Shown: piece by piece, positions 43,399-54,300 of the stretch
Numbering within the stretch: the first letter of the stretch is position 1
Layout of the letters: each line of letters starts with the position of its first letter
Source: Hadesarchaea archaeon
GTDB taxonomy: Archaea > Hadarchaeota > Hadarchaeia > Hadarchaeales > Hadarchaeaceae
NCBI GenBank assembly: GCA_029259175.1
Contig: JAPDJH010000012.1
Location: 1 to 62,624 of the forward strand
Direction: 5' to 3'
Length of the DNA stretch: 62,624 nt
Made by a program: the position numbers and the translations under genes
Notes under the pieces: generated by a model
Seen by the model: only the letters and a program-made list of their open reading frames with translations
Told to the model about the DNA's origin: nothing
Database searches by the model: none

Positions 43399-46300
43399 AT
43401 GCCGGAACATGGCGGAACCCCCGGAGTCGGCCGCAAGACGGTGGCTGTAGCCATTGTCTTAGCTTTCTTGCTAAGCAACCTCCTCGTAGTCGTGAACGCC
43501 ACTCCGGTTGAGGCGAGAAGAAGTTCCAAATACTCCAAATATAGGGGCTCATCTTACCGAGCAAAGCTTAGCTCGATAGCGGCGCAAATCGCCGCGATAC
43601 GAGCCAAGATCAGCGCGATATCTGCGAAAATCGCTGCAATGAGTTCAAGCTCATCTTCCTCGACGTCTAGCTTGTCGTCAAGCTCATCATCGGGTTCATC
43701 TTTATCCGGCTCATCGGGCGTATCGGTCACCTCATTATCCTCCTCGAGTCACTCAGTACGTTCGTCGGGCGGCTCAAGAGCTGGTTCAAGAGCTTCTTCA
43801 TCCTCCTCCAGCTTGACCTACACGGTCCGGCGCGGGGACACCCTGTCCGAGATAGCGGCGAGGTACGGGACCACGGTCTCCGCCCTGATGAAGGCGAACC
43901 CGCAGATCAAAAACCCAAACGTGATCTATGCGGGGCAGACCCTGAAGATCCCCAGGACGTCTGGTTCATCATCTTCTGCACAATCCGCGGCCGAACCGCA
44001 GCCCACTTTGGCTGCTGCCCCAGCAGTCAGATCAATCAGTCATCCATTGGTGCGAGCGGGCAAGTTCACGATCACGCTTAAGGGTGACCACATTAGGGAC
44101 GGAGCATCTGTCCTCGTTTACTCATCCGATGGCCGCCTCGTCGATCAAATGAGCGTGAACGAGGGAAGTAGCCAAATCACCTACACGGGAGACTTGCCAC
44201 TTGGCAGTTACACGGTCAAGGTCAGGAACCCGGATGGACAGGTGTCGAATGGCGTCACACTCACCGTCGCTAAATTCATCGCCGGTGACACCGTCAAAAC
44301 GACCGCAAACCTGAACACGCGCGCGGGAGCCGGTATCGGTTACTCTGTTATTCGAACGATGCCGAAAAACGCTACCGGCACCGTCATCGATGGTCCTGTG
44401 AAGGCGAACGGCTACACGTGGTGGAAGATTAGATACAGCGATGGCACCGAGGGGTGGTCAGCAGAGCCCTGGCTCGAAAGAAACACGACCTCGGGCTCCT
44501 CGTCCACGCAGACCCGGAAGACCAACGATCAACAAACCCAAACAGCCAATGATACAGCGGCAAATGACGACCGATCTCAGACCATTAACAAGTCCTCCCA
44601 GAGATCCTCGACCCCACAGGCTGCCCAGCAGACCACCCTCAAGGGTAAGTTCAACGTTAATGACACGGTTCGGACGACCGCTAACCTAAACGTCCGAGCC
44701 GGAGCCGGCATCAGGTACTCAGCCCTCAAGACGATGGCGAAGGGCAGTACAGGCACGGTTCTCGACGGGCCAAGATTCGCAGATGGCTACACGTGGTGGA
44801 AGATTAGATACAGCGACGGGACAACCGGCTGGTCCGCCGAGCCTTGGCTGGAAGAGTATACGCCGCTTACTCCTTCCGGCTATGTAGAATATGTGGTCAA
44901 GAGCGGCGACACCTTGTCCGGGATAGCAGCCAAATACGGAACCACGGTATCTGCCATAATAGCTATTAATCCTCAAATAACCGACCCCGATAGAATTTAT
45001 GTAGGGCAAGTTCTAAAGATCCCGCAAAGCTCCCCAACTCCCTCGACCAAGTTCAGCGTGGGCGACACCGTTAAAGTCCTCCCGAACATAGGACTCACGG
45101 TCCGCACCCCACCGAACTGGGAGAGGATCGGTGTCGAGCCCAAGGGCGCGATCGGCACAGTCATAGACGGACCCCTGCTCGGCTCCTACCGCGGGCTCAC
45201 CTTCTGGATGTGGAAGATCCGCTGGCGCGACGGTACTGTGGGATGGTCGGCCGAGGGGGACGCATGCGAGGACTATCTCACGAAGGTCGATACCCCAACA
45301 GGCGGCAAGCCAGATTTAACAGTTGCAGGCCGGGTGGGCGCCCCCTCCTCCGGCGGAGTCGGCGACAACATATCTGTAACGTTCACCCTTCAGAACCAAG
45401 GAGACACCGCTTCAGGACCATTCCGCTACAAGATCTCGCTTTCAACTTCTGCTTGGGGAACAACATATGAACTCGGTACATTCTCCGAGGACTCGCTGGG
45501 TGCTGGGGCTCTGAAGCAGGTGACGAAGAGTGTCACCGTGCCACGGGTGAGAGCAGGTTACTACTACGTGACCGTCTATGTTGACTGCGATGAGAGCGTT
45601 GCGGAATCCAACGAGAGAAACAACATCGGGAGCACCTATTCGCACAGAATCCGCATATACCAAGCAAGCCCCGCTCCGGTAATCACCTCAATCGATCCAA
45701 CTGCGGTCTGGGAAGGAGGCACGTTCAGGCTCTTCATCCACGGAAAAAACTTCGCATGGGATGCCTCGGCCCAGAATTTCCGCAGCGGGATGACCATCTC
45801 AGTCTACGGACGGGATGGGCAGTTGGTTGCGCGCTTGACCCCGCTTGACAAGAGAGCGATAGGAGTTGGGCTGAGGAACTCACGGAACGTGCAGAACTCT
45901 AGCACGCTAATCAACTGCTACGGCAGCAACCTCCCCGCCGGCACCTACACTGTTAGGGTGAAAAACCCAGACGGTAAGGAATCGAACGGCGTCACGCTAA
46001 GGGTTATCCCCGCCAGCCAGCACATGTTCACTCCTCCCTCCAACCTGCTCGACTATGTGAACCACACGAGCTGCCGTACCAACCGTCTCAACCGAATGAT
46101 ACTCCACTCCGCCGAAAACCGTATGATCACCTTCACTTGGAACGCCCTAAGACCCAAGCCGGCCTCGCTCAGAGATGCTGCTGAGCGCTTAGTCCACTAC
46201 GTACATAATTACATCACCTATAGCTCCAAAAACGGGAAGATTGTGTGGGAAAATGCGAACTGGCTCAGCGACTACGACGTGATCGAGCACCGCAGGGGGG

Positions 46301-49300
46301 TGTGCGTCGATTACGCTGGTCTCTACAAGAGCATGGGCGGAAGTGCTGGCCTGCCTGTGAGAAGGGTGACCATCGTGTTCCAGCGCGTGGACGCGGAGGG
46401 AAACGACAATGGAATGGACGCGCACGCGCTAGTGGAAGTCAACTGGACAGGTAGCGAATGGGTGCACGCCGATCCGACTTGGAACCGGTTCGACGACCCC
46501 GGGTGCTATGCCCGCTCCGCCTACCCGTGGAGCAGAGTCGTCTTTGCGTCTGCCTATTATGGTCTAAACGATAATTCAATCAGCAGGACCTCGTACTACA
46601 ACCAGTACTTCGAGGAGGCCTATCCCTACCTGCAGCACTCCCCGCCGCCCGCAGCGGTCGATCTCGGTTCGATTCCCGTAGGGACATCCCGGGATTCAAG
46701 CTCGGTCGACATAACCTACGCCCTGCTCGGCGAGAACGAGCTGGAGGCGACCTACGCAATCGTGTACCGCGACCCTGCCCAGATCCAATCCATCAACCAG
46801 TGGGTGAACAGCGAGAACTTCGACGAGGATGCGTTCGTACGGTTCATGACCGACAAAGCAGTCCAGATCTTGGGCGCGCAGGGAGTGAGCGTCGGCGAGC
46901 GCACGCTCGTTAAGGAGGAGGACGGGGCTCTGATTCTGGGCGGGCGCTGCAGGATCGTCGGCAATGTCGCCAGCCTCTCGTTTGATGTGCAGACGATCCC
47001 CGGGGCTCAGCCCATTACGGTTCGCCTGGGCGGGCCGGTGGAGCTGTCGATAGAATCCACTGCCGCACCCATCACCAAGTTCTCCGACAACTACGTGTGG
47101 TATGAGTGGAGCAATATCACGGCTCCCCAGAGCCAGACTTTCATAGCATCAGTGTGCACCTTGGCCGATTACTATCGAGCGTGGGGTAAGCCATGTCCCC
47201 CAATAAGCGAGCGGGCCAAGATGTACGAGAAGCTTGGCCTCGGCCCTGCCTCCTCCTACACCGGGACCGCGGTTCAGAACACTAGGCTACTAAACGTGTT
47301 GAAGGCCCTGCACATCGCTCCGGTGACGGCCAACGAAATCCAGGGAACCGTGTCGTACGAGTACGTGGATTACGTGGTTCAGCGCGGTGACACACTCTCG
47401 GGCATAGCCGCGAGGTACAACACCACGGTCTCCGATCTGATGGCCGCGAACCCCCAGATCAAAGACCCGAACCTGATCTACGTGGGACAAACTTTGAGGA
47501 TCCCCCGGATTGTTCCGGCTCCCGCCTCCGGGGATGAAGACGGATCCACTCCGTCGCCCCAGAGCAAGTTCGGGATTGGAGACACCGTCCGCACTACGGC
47601 CAACCTGAACGTCCGCAGGGGGCCGGGCACGGGCTACGATATCGTCGCGACAGTGCCGAAGGGAACCACGGGCACGGTCATCAAGGGTCCGCGCTTGGCA
47701 AAGGGCTATGTCTGGTGGAAGGTGAGCTATGCCAACGGTGTTGCCGGCTGGTCCGCTGGGAACTGGCTTGAGCGGTGGACCTCCCCGGCTCCCACTCCCG
47801 ACGACGACAGCGACGGTACGACTTCGACCGGGTTCGAGCTCGGAGAGAGAATCCGTACAAAGGGTGCTGTCGAGGTTTACCGGGGCCCCGGAGCTGGCCA
47901 CGAGGTGGTGAAGCGGCTCAGGAGCGGGACCACCGGGACGATCCTAGCCGGTCCGAGACCCGCCCAAGGGCACACCTGGTGGAAGGTGCACTACGATGAC
48001 GGGACGATTGGGTGGTCACGTGGGGACGAGCTCGAAGTGCTACCGCTGCGCACCGCCGTGGTGAGCCGGGTGATCGACGGTGACACCCTCGAACTCCGAG
48101 GTGGTGAGCGCGTGAGGCTGGCCGAAATAGACACTCCAGAACTGGATTCCTCCAGCCCGGCAGAGCGAAAACGCGCGCGTGAGGCGAAGCAGTTCGTCGA
48201 GGGGTTCTGCCTGGGTAGGGAAGTCAGGCTCGAGATGCGCGGCACCGGAGTATACGGGAGGTCCCTTGCCGTGGTCTACGTCAAGGTCAACGGCATCTGG
48301 GTGAACCTGAACAACGAGCTCCTGAACCGGGGCTACGCGGTCAAGTACGTCCCGAGGAAGTACGACGATGACCAGAGGCACTGGTGGAAGGACCAGAAAG
48401 GCTACACGCTGTGGCGGGATACCAAGCGCTTTGAGTGGTTGAAGAAGTACCGGTGCTCAAAGAGCGGTACTCTCAACGTCGCGGCTCTCGTAGGCGACCT
48501 GAAGCGGGCGGTTCGCGGGGCTGGCGCCCCCGAGGATCTCGTGTCCGCGATTGAGCAAACAGGTCTGGCGGGCAAGCGGTTCGCGGTCGTTGTCGGGATA
48601 AACAGCTACAAACACATCAACGGCCTCCAGTACGCGGTGAACGACGCCAAGGCGTGGCGTGACTACCTCCAAGCGCAGGGCTACCAGGTGACCTTGCTGA
48701 CGAACTCGCAGGCGACCGAGGCGCGCGTCAAGCGGGCGATAGCCGACGCGATTTCGCGCGCGGGCTCGGGCGGCACCATCGCGTTCGTGTTTTCGGGCCA
48801 TGGAGCGAAGTCGGAGGAGGTCGGGTTGCCTGCAGGCCACTCGGTGCTGTGCTGCTACGACTCCAGCAGGGGCACAAAGGGCAACCTCACCGACCTCGAG
48901 CTCCGCGACGCCTTCGCGGGCTTCACCGGCAAGCTCTTCCTGTTCCTGGACGCCTGTCGCTCTGGGGGAATGAACGAGGTCGTGAATAGCGAGAACCGCT
49001 ACATGACAACCACGTGCGGGGCGGACGGTTATGGTTACGACCAGCCCGTCTACAGGCACGGTGCGTGGACGTACTGGTACCTTGGGCGGGGTCTGAACGA
49101 GCGTGGCTTCACGAACGCAGAGAGTGTCTACGACTGGGCCTCAGCGCAATACCCGTACCGCGGCAACGACGCCCCGCGGGAGTTCGACGGCGATCCGGAC
49201 AGCCCCTTCGTGCTCGGCGAAAACAGGAGCGGAAGCCGGTTCCACAAGCAGGTCGGCCGCGAGGGCAGCACCGCGCGAGGGGGCTGGAGGCGCCCGACCC

Positions 49301-51315
49301 GGTACGACGATCTCATCAACTGGGCGATCGACCAGTTCGACGAATCGGGTTTGATACCCAAGGGCCGGACTTGGAACCGCAAGTCGTACGGCCCGTCGGG
49401 CGAGGGCGCGGCGAACGCGGGTGTAAGCGGGAAGGACTGGTACGTGGAGGTGGACGCGAGCTGCCGCTGGAACCTCGCCGAGATCTTCCACTCCAGCTCC
49501 TATGGGTGGAGCCAAAGCACCCACGAGTACTACGTGCACGACCGGGGTGAAGCATCGCTCGGGCCCAGCGTCCAGGGGAGTGCGAGTGTCGACGCTGGCT
49601 ACGGGCCGGTCGACGCAAATGTCACGGTTAAGGGTGAAGCCGGGGTGGGGGCGAAGGGAAGCTACGACGCGGAGGCGCGCGTCGGGCTGAGCGGCGTGAA
49701 GCTCAACCTAGGTGCCGATGCCCTCGCCGGAGCGTACGCTGAGGGCAAACTTGCGGGCACGATCAGCTTGGCAGATGCATTTGCCTTGCAGGGCTACATC
49801 CAGGGTAGGGGAACCGCGGGGGTTGGAGGAACTGCTGGTGTGGGTGTCAGCGTGGAGTGGAACAACGGGCTAACGATCTCCTACAGCTTCAAGGCTGGAG
49901 CGTCTCTGGGTCTGGGCGGCAGCATCTCCCACGGCAGCAAGCTTTATATTAATCCACCTGTGATCGTGAAGGCTGTTGAAAACACCGCGGCCGGAAGAGC
50001 TGTGAAAACCGCCGCAGCGGCCGTGAGCCGCACAGTGGAGCGTGTGGACAACCGCGCCGGGTCGGCAGTCACTTCCGCGATGACCCGCGTAGCGGGCGAG
50101 CCCTCCGAGGTCGAACGGCGCACCGTCAGGAACTCCGACGATATCCCGTGGTGGGAGCGGGAGGATCCCTACCGCTTCGACAGCAAACGTTCGAGAGCCT
50201 CGGTCGAAAAGAAGTGGAGCGCCCGAAGCAAGGGAAGCACAACCGTCGGTGGCTGGAAGCGCAGCACCTCTCACGACGATATAGTGAACTTCGTGATCGA
50301 TCGCTTCGACGACGCGGGCTACATCCCCTCCGTCCACGAGCACCAGCGCACGCAGTACGGCTGGCACAAAAACGGCTCCGCGTCGGCTGGTGCCGAAGGA
50401 AAGGACTGGCACGCGAAAGCAAACGCGAGCTACCGCGCAAACCTCGCCGAGACCTTCCACTCACGCTACGTCGGGTGGAGCCAGTCCACTCACTCTTACG
50501 TGGCCAGCGACCGCGGTGAGGTCTCGCTTGGGCCGCGCGTGCACGGAGATGTCAGCGCCAGCGCAGGCTACGGCTCCGTGGATGTGAACGTCACCGCCAC
50601 GGGCGAGGCGGGTGTCGGGATGAAGGCTGGATATGATGTCGGGGCCCGGGCCAGCCTGAGCGGGTTCTCGCTCAAGGCGGGCGTAGAGGGGCATGCCGGG
50701 GCCGACGTCGAGGGGAGCGTGGCCGGCACCGTCAGCCTAGGCGACGCGGTCGGTTACCAGTACTACGTCAACGCCAGCGGACAGGCCGGCATCGGGGGCA
50801 AGGTGGGAGTGGGTGCGGGCATCAGCTGGGACAACGGATTCACGATCTCGTACAACTTCAAAGTCGGGGCCACCCTCGGGCTGGGCGGCAGCATCTCGCA
50901 CGGCGGCAAGCTCTACATCAACCCACCCAAGGTGGTCGAGAAAGCAAAGAAGGTCAGGGACTGGGTCGACGAGAGAATAGGTGGAGCCATTGTGGATACG
51001 AACATCACGCTCCGCATGTCTTCCACCAGCGTGTCCGAGGGTCAGGAGGTGGTCTTCAGCGGGCGCGTGACCCGGAAGGACACGGGAGAAGGGGTCGCGG
51101 GGGCGAGGGTCGAGATATACGATGACGATGGGGCCGGAGATGACCTGATGGCTTTCGGGTTCACCGACGAAAACGGGCACTATTCGATCCGCTGGACAGC
51201 AAAGCGCATGGATCCGTGGCCCGGAGCTGGCGAGGTTGAGGTGTACGCGAGGACCGACGGCACGAGCGCGTTCGACGGGTCCAGGACCCCGGTCCACACG
51301 CTCAGCATAAATTAA
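43399..51315 (+). CDS. Giant secreted multidomain protein: LysM x3, SH3b x5, IPT/CARDB, transglutaminase-like, DUF3597-like, thermonuclease, caspase-like, duplicated Gly-rich domain, Ig-like
   Basis: Signal peptide; [13 protein letters not shown]-type LysM x3; TANLN.RAG.G..GP..GYTWWKI.Y..G..GW SH3b-like x5; GVCVDYA/HALVEV/ADPTW; [18 protein letters not shown]; FSGHG/LDACRSG. Confidence 0.93.
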   Translation: MPEHGGTPGVGRKTVAVAIVLAFLLSNLLVVVNATPVEARRSSKYSKYRGSSYRAKLSSIAAQIAAIRAKISAISAKIAAMSSSSSSSTSSLSSSSSSGSSLSGSSGVSVTSLSSSSHSVRSSGGSRAGSRASSSSSSLTYTVRRGDTLSEIAARYGTTVSALMKANPQIKNPNVIYAGQTLKIPRTSGSSSSAQSAAEPQPTLAAAPAVRSISHPLVRAGKFTITLKGDHIRDGASVLVYSSDGRLVDQMSVNEGSSQITYTGDLPLGSYTVKVRNPDGQVSNGVTLTVAKFIAGDTVKTTANLNTRAGAGIGYSVIRTMPKNATGTVIDGPVKANGYTWWKIRYSDGTEGWSAEPWLERNTTSGSSSTQTRKTNDQQTQTANDTAANDDRSQTINKSSQRSSTPQAAQQTTLKGKFNVNDTVRTTANLNVRAGAGIRYSALKTMAKGSTGTVLDGPRFADGYTWWKIRYSDGTTGWSAEPWLEEYTPLTPSGYVEYVVKSGDTLSGIAAKYGTTVSAIIAINPQITDPDRIYVGQVLKIPQSSPTPSTKFSVGDTVKVLPNIGLTVRTPPNWERIGVEPKGAIGTVIDGPLLGSYRGLTFWMWKIRWRDGTVGWSAEGDACEDYLTKVDTPTGGKPDLTVAGRVGAPSSGGVGDNISVTFTLQNQGDTASGPFRYKISLSTSAWGTTYELGTFSEDSLGAGALKQVTKSVTVPRVRAGYYYVTVYVDCDESVAESNERNNIGSTYSHRIRIYQASPAPVITSIDPTAVWEGGTFRLFIHGKNFAWDASAQNFRSGMTISVYGRDGQLVARLTPLDKRAIGVGLRNSRNVQNSSTLINCYGSNLPAGTYTVRVKNPDGKESNGVTLRVIPASQHMFTPPSNLLDYVNHTSCRTNRLNRMILHSAENRMITFTWNALRPKPASLRDAAERLVHYVHNYITYSSKNGKIVWENANWLSDYDVIEHRRGVCVDYAGLYKSMGGSAGLPVRRVTIVFQRVDAEGNDNGMDAHALVEVNWTGSEWVHADPTWNRFDDPGCYARSAYPWSRVVFASAYYGLNDNSISRTSYYNQYFEEAYPYLQHSPPPAAVDLGSIPVGTSRDSSSVDITYALLGENELEATYAIVYRDPAQIQSINQWVNSENFDEDAFVRFMTDKAVQILGAQGVSVGERTLVKEEDGALILGGRCRIVGNVASLSFDVQTIPGAQPITVRLGGPVELSIESTAAPITKFSDNYVWYEWSNITAPQSQTFIASVCTLADYYRAWGKPCPPISERAKMYEKLGLGPASSYTGTAVQNTRLLNVLKALHIAPVTANEIQGTVSYEYVDYVVQRGDTLSGIAARYNTTVSDLMAANPQIKDPNLIYVGQTLRIPRIVPAPASGDEDGSTPSPQSKFGIGDTVRTTANLNVRRGPGTGYDIVATVPKGTTGTVIKGPRLAKGYVWWKVSYANGVAGWSAGNWLERWTSPAPTPDDDSDGTTSTGFELGERIRTKGAVEVYRGPGAGHEVVKRLRSGTTGTILAGPRPAQGHTWWKVHYDDGTIGWSRGDELEVLPLRTAVVSRVIDGDTLELRGGERVRLAEIDTPELDSSSPAERKRAREAKQFVEGFCLGREVRLEMRGTGVYGRSLAVVYVKVNGIWVNLNNELLNRGYAVKYVPRKYDDDQRHWWKDQKGYTLWRDTKRFEWLKKYRCSKSGTLNVAALVGDLKRAVRGAGAPEDLVSAIEQTGLAGKRFAVVVGINSYKHINGLQYAVNDAKAWRDYLQAQGYQVTLLTNSQATEARVKRAIADAISRAGSGGTIAFVFSGHGAKSEEVGLPAGHSVLCCYDSSRGTKGNLTDLELRDAFAGFTGKLFLFLDACRSGGMNEVVNSENRYMTTTCGADGYGYDQPVYRHGAWTYWYLGRGLNERGFTNAESVYDWASAQYPYRGNDAPREFDGDPDSPFVLGENRSGSRFHKQVGREGSTARGGWRRPTRYDDLINWAIDQFDESGLIPKGRTWNRKSYGPSGEGAANAGVSGKDWYVEVDASCRWNLAEIFHSSSYGWSQSTHEYYVHDRGEASLGPSVQGSASVDAGYGPVDANVTVKGEAGVGAKGSYDAEARVGLSGVKLNLGADALAGAYAEGKLAGTISLADAFALQGYIQGRGTAGVGGTAGVGVSVEWNNGLTISYSFKAGASLGLGGSISHGSKLYINPPVIVKAVENTAAGRAVKTAAAAVSRTVERVDNRAGSAVTSAMTRVAGEPSEVERRTVRNSDDIPWWEREDPYRFDSKRSRASVEKKWSARSKGSTTVGGWKRSTSHDDIVNFVIDRFDDAGYIPSVHEHQRTQYGWHKNGSASAGAEGKDWHAKANASYRANLAETFHSRYVGWSQSTHSYVASDRGEVSLGPRVHGDVSASAGYGSVDVNVTATGEAGVGMKAGYDVGARASLSGFSLKAGVEGHAGADVEGSVAGTVSLGDAVGYQYYVNASGQAGIGGKVGVGAGISWDNGFTISYNFKVGATLGLGGSISHGGKLYINPPKVVEKAKKVRDWVDERIGGAIVDTNITLRMSSTSVSEGQEVVFSGRVTRKDTGEGVAGARVEIYDDDGAGDDLMAFGFTDENGHYSIRWTAKRMDPWPGAGEVEVYARTDGTSAFDGSRTPVHTLSIN
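49270..50960 (+). repeat. Intragenic duplication of a ~230-aa Gly/Ala-rich beta domain
   Basis: Copy 1 ~49270-49980 and copy 2 ~50240-50950 share GGW.R.T..DD..N..ID.FD..G.IP ... [17 protein letters not shown]. Confidence 0.9.
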
Positions 51316-51338
51316 AACCAGCAATTTAGGGATTCCGT

Positions 51339-54300
51339 GTGTTTAGCTTATGGCTCAGAGCTGTCTCGGCGCCGATGGTGGTGCTGGCGCTTGTTATCAT
51401 GTTTGCAATCCCAGTTGCGAGTCACCACGAGATCTTTGTGGATGAAAACTTCACCAATCCGGACGTCGTGCTCGATAACGTCGAGATCACGGCAAGTGGC
51501 CTGCGGCTGCTGGTTGCATCGGAAAGCTGGGTTCAAGCTACCGAGACTGATTTTAAGCGGGGAAATTATGAAGATGTTGTGGTTTCTGATCTGGGCGTGA
51601 GGTTGGCGAAAATCGATAATGACCGATGGGTGGCCAAAGACAACGCGCCTTACAGCAGCGCCTATGGTATAGCCGCGGTCGGCGCCGGGCGCTACGTGTT
51701 CATCCTGCGAGGTTATTACTCCGGCGTCAAGGTTGGCATCGGGCGTTATGACACAGAAACCGGGAGCTGGGAAAGCTGGAGCGATCCTGCAATCGAGTGG
51801 CAGGAAAAGAAGCATTACTTCAAGAACGGTTGTGCGATGGCTTGGGACAACGGCGACTACATCTACGTGCTCGCCGGGGGCAGCTACAATGATGTGCCGA
51901 ACCCCTCGGATCCGACCAAGTACGAGCCGCGCTACGGGTTCTGGCGCTTTAGGGTTGATGACCCCTCCAGCTGGACACGCTTGGAGAACACCCCCTGGTG
52001 GCAGGGGCCCGGTGATTGCCTGACCTGGGTGAAAATCGGTGACGAGGAATACATATATGCGTGGCTTGGGACCACGAGCAGAGGCTGCAAAGCCGACCCG
52101 GGCTATGCCAAGTTCTACCGCTATCACATCACTCCCAACGCCCCCGACGGAATAGGAAAATGGGAAGTTACTCCCATCACTGAAATTGCGGAAAATGGAA
52201 TCCCCGAGTACCCGTACGGCGCGGACGATGGGGCGAACTTGGTCTGGACCGGGGGAGATTACATCTACTACATGCCGGGCGCCTACAACGAAAGCCTGTC
52301 AAGAGATGCGGAGTTCGCGTGGGGGCGCTTCGTGATCTCGGAGAACCGATGGGAGCGCCTGGCCGACATGCCCCTCAACGTGAACCCCGAAACGGAGGAA
52401 ACAGACGGCGTGGACGACGGGGGAAGTGCCGTTTGGGATGGAGGTAACTTCATCTACGTGCTGAAGGGCGGCGATGGCAGCGGCAGCGACCCAGCGGAAA
52501 ACTTCTACCGTTACAGCATCTCGGACGATAGCTGGGAAGTTCTAGCAAACGTTCCTGCTGGACCACACCGAAACAACGGCACGAGGCTCGGCTACGCGGG
52601 TAAGCGCGTGTACTACTGGCACGCAAACTCGAGCGGATTCTGGGCGTACGAGCCGCCATGCTACGAGAGGGATGGCTGGTTCGAGTCTGAAGTTTTTGAT
52701 GCTGGCGAAATTGTGACATGGCAGCAAGCAAGCTGGCAGGTAAGCTTGCCTGGTGGAGTTACTAGGGTAAAAAAATCGGTAAGCGCCGAACCTACCAGTC
52801 TGGTGAGCGGAGAGGACAGGCTGGGATCACTACCCACCAACATCGCGGACCATGTGGTTATCTCTGAGATCTATCCAAACGCCAAGGATGAGACGAATAG
52901 TGAATGGTTTGAACTCTACAACCCAACGAGCAGCCCAATCGACATGAGCGGGTGGAGCTTCGGAAGGATAACAAGCGCGGGCAACAAACACACCGATGGA
53001 ACTTTCCCAGAGGGCACAACAATTCCCGCCCACGGGTACTTCCTCGTCGGTGATAACACGCTGCTGGCCGACAACACCGCATGGCCTTCTCCAGACTACG
53101 TTGAATCCCTGACCATCGCAAACTCAGATGGCTGTTACTTCGTCGAGAACTCGGACGGCTACGTCGATAAAGTCGCGTGGGGGAGCAACACCTACGGTGA
53201 AGGGAATCCGTTCCCAACCAATCCGGGCGAAGGCAAGAGCCTTGAGCGAAAATCGTCCGCGACTCACGACGAAACCGAGGGCAATGGCTACGACACAGAT
53301 AGCAACACGAGTGATTTTTACATCAGAAGCTCGCCCCAGCCCCAAAACTCCTCGAGCCCAACCGAGGCGCCCTTGGTCCAAGCATCAAATTATTTGGAAA
53401 CTTGGAGCCGTGATGGAGTATTCGAGGAGATAGAGGAGGGGGCCACCCGGGTACCCGAAACCAGCGGGTTCCACGAGGGAGGCACGGTGGTGGAGGAAGG
53501 CACCGTTTCTTCAGGCTCACCGGCCAACCTAGACGCCAATGATCAGGTGTACTTCGAAGTAGACGCAGCTTTTGCTGAGGGGAGAGCAAGAACTGAAACT
53601 CTCCACGAAGCGGGCACCACGGTTGAAAACGGAAGCGAGGTGAGCGGAACCTCGACGGCAAACTTGGATGCAGACGATGGGGTTTATTATGAGGTCGACG
53701 CAGGCTCCTCCCCCGGGGGAGAGGGGAGCAACCTGATTCAGAACCCTGGCTTTGAAACCGGAGATCTCACGCACTGGACTGAGCTCGGCACCTCGGGCAA
53801 ACACGTAGTCACTAATGAGCGGGCGGCTTCGGGGACCTACTCATGCAAGTTCGTGGACCTGACGACGAGCTACAGCGGGAGGCGAATCGTGGCGGACAAC
53901 GTGGCGGTTACCCCGGGCAAGGATTACCGGTTCGGGGCCCGGTTCTACATTCCCCAAGTTGGAGGAGGCTCGATAGAGAACTATAAAGTAAGATGCTGGA
54001 TTGAGTGGTACTGCGAGAATGGGGATCTAGCGGGTCGGTACCAGCCATGGGGCAGGGTTCTCTCAGCTTTCAACGCGTGGGAGGCCCAGGAGTGGACAGA
54101 CACGGCTCCCGAGGGGGCCGCGAAGGCTGCGGTTTTCGTCGACGCGAAGAGGGCCAGCGGGTCACCCCAGGATAACGTTTACATTGACGACGTAAAGCTC
54201 GCCGAGATCACAAGCGTTTACTCCATCGACCTGCGTCACGACTCCGAGCAGGTGACGGTTGACCAAACAAGCGTGGACAACATCTCCGTAAAGCTCAACT

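Noticed and set aside
44272-44860. Diversity-generating retroelement TR/VR pair from near-identical SH3b repeats
   Set aside because: Differences do not appear adenine-specific and no reverse transcriptase is present; ordinary intragenic duplication explains it.
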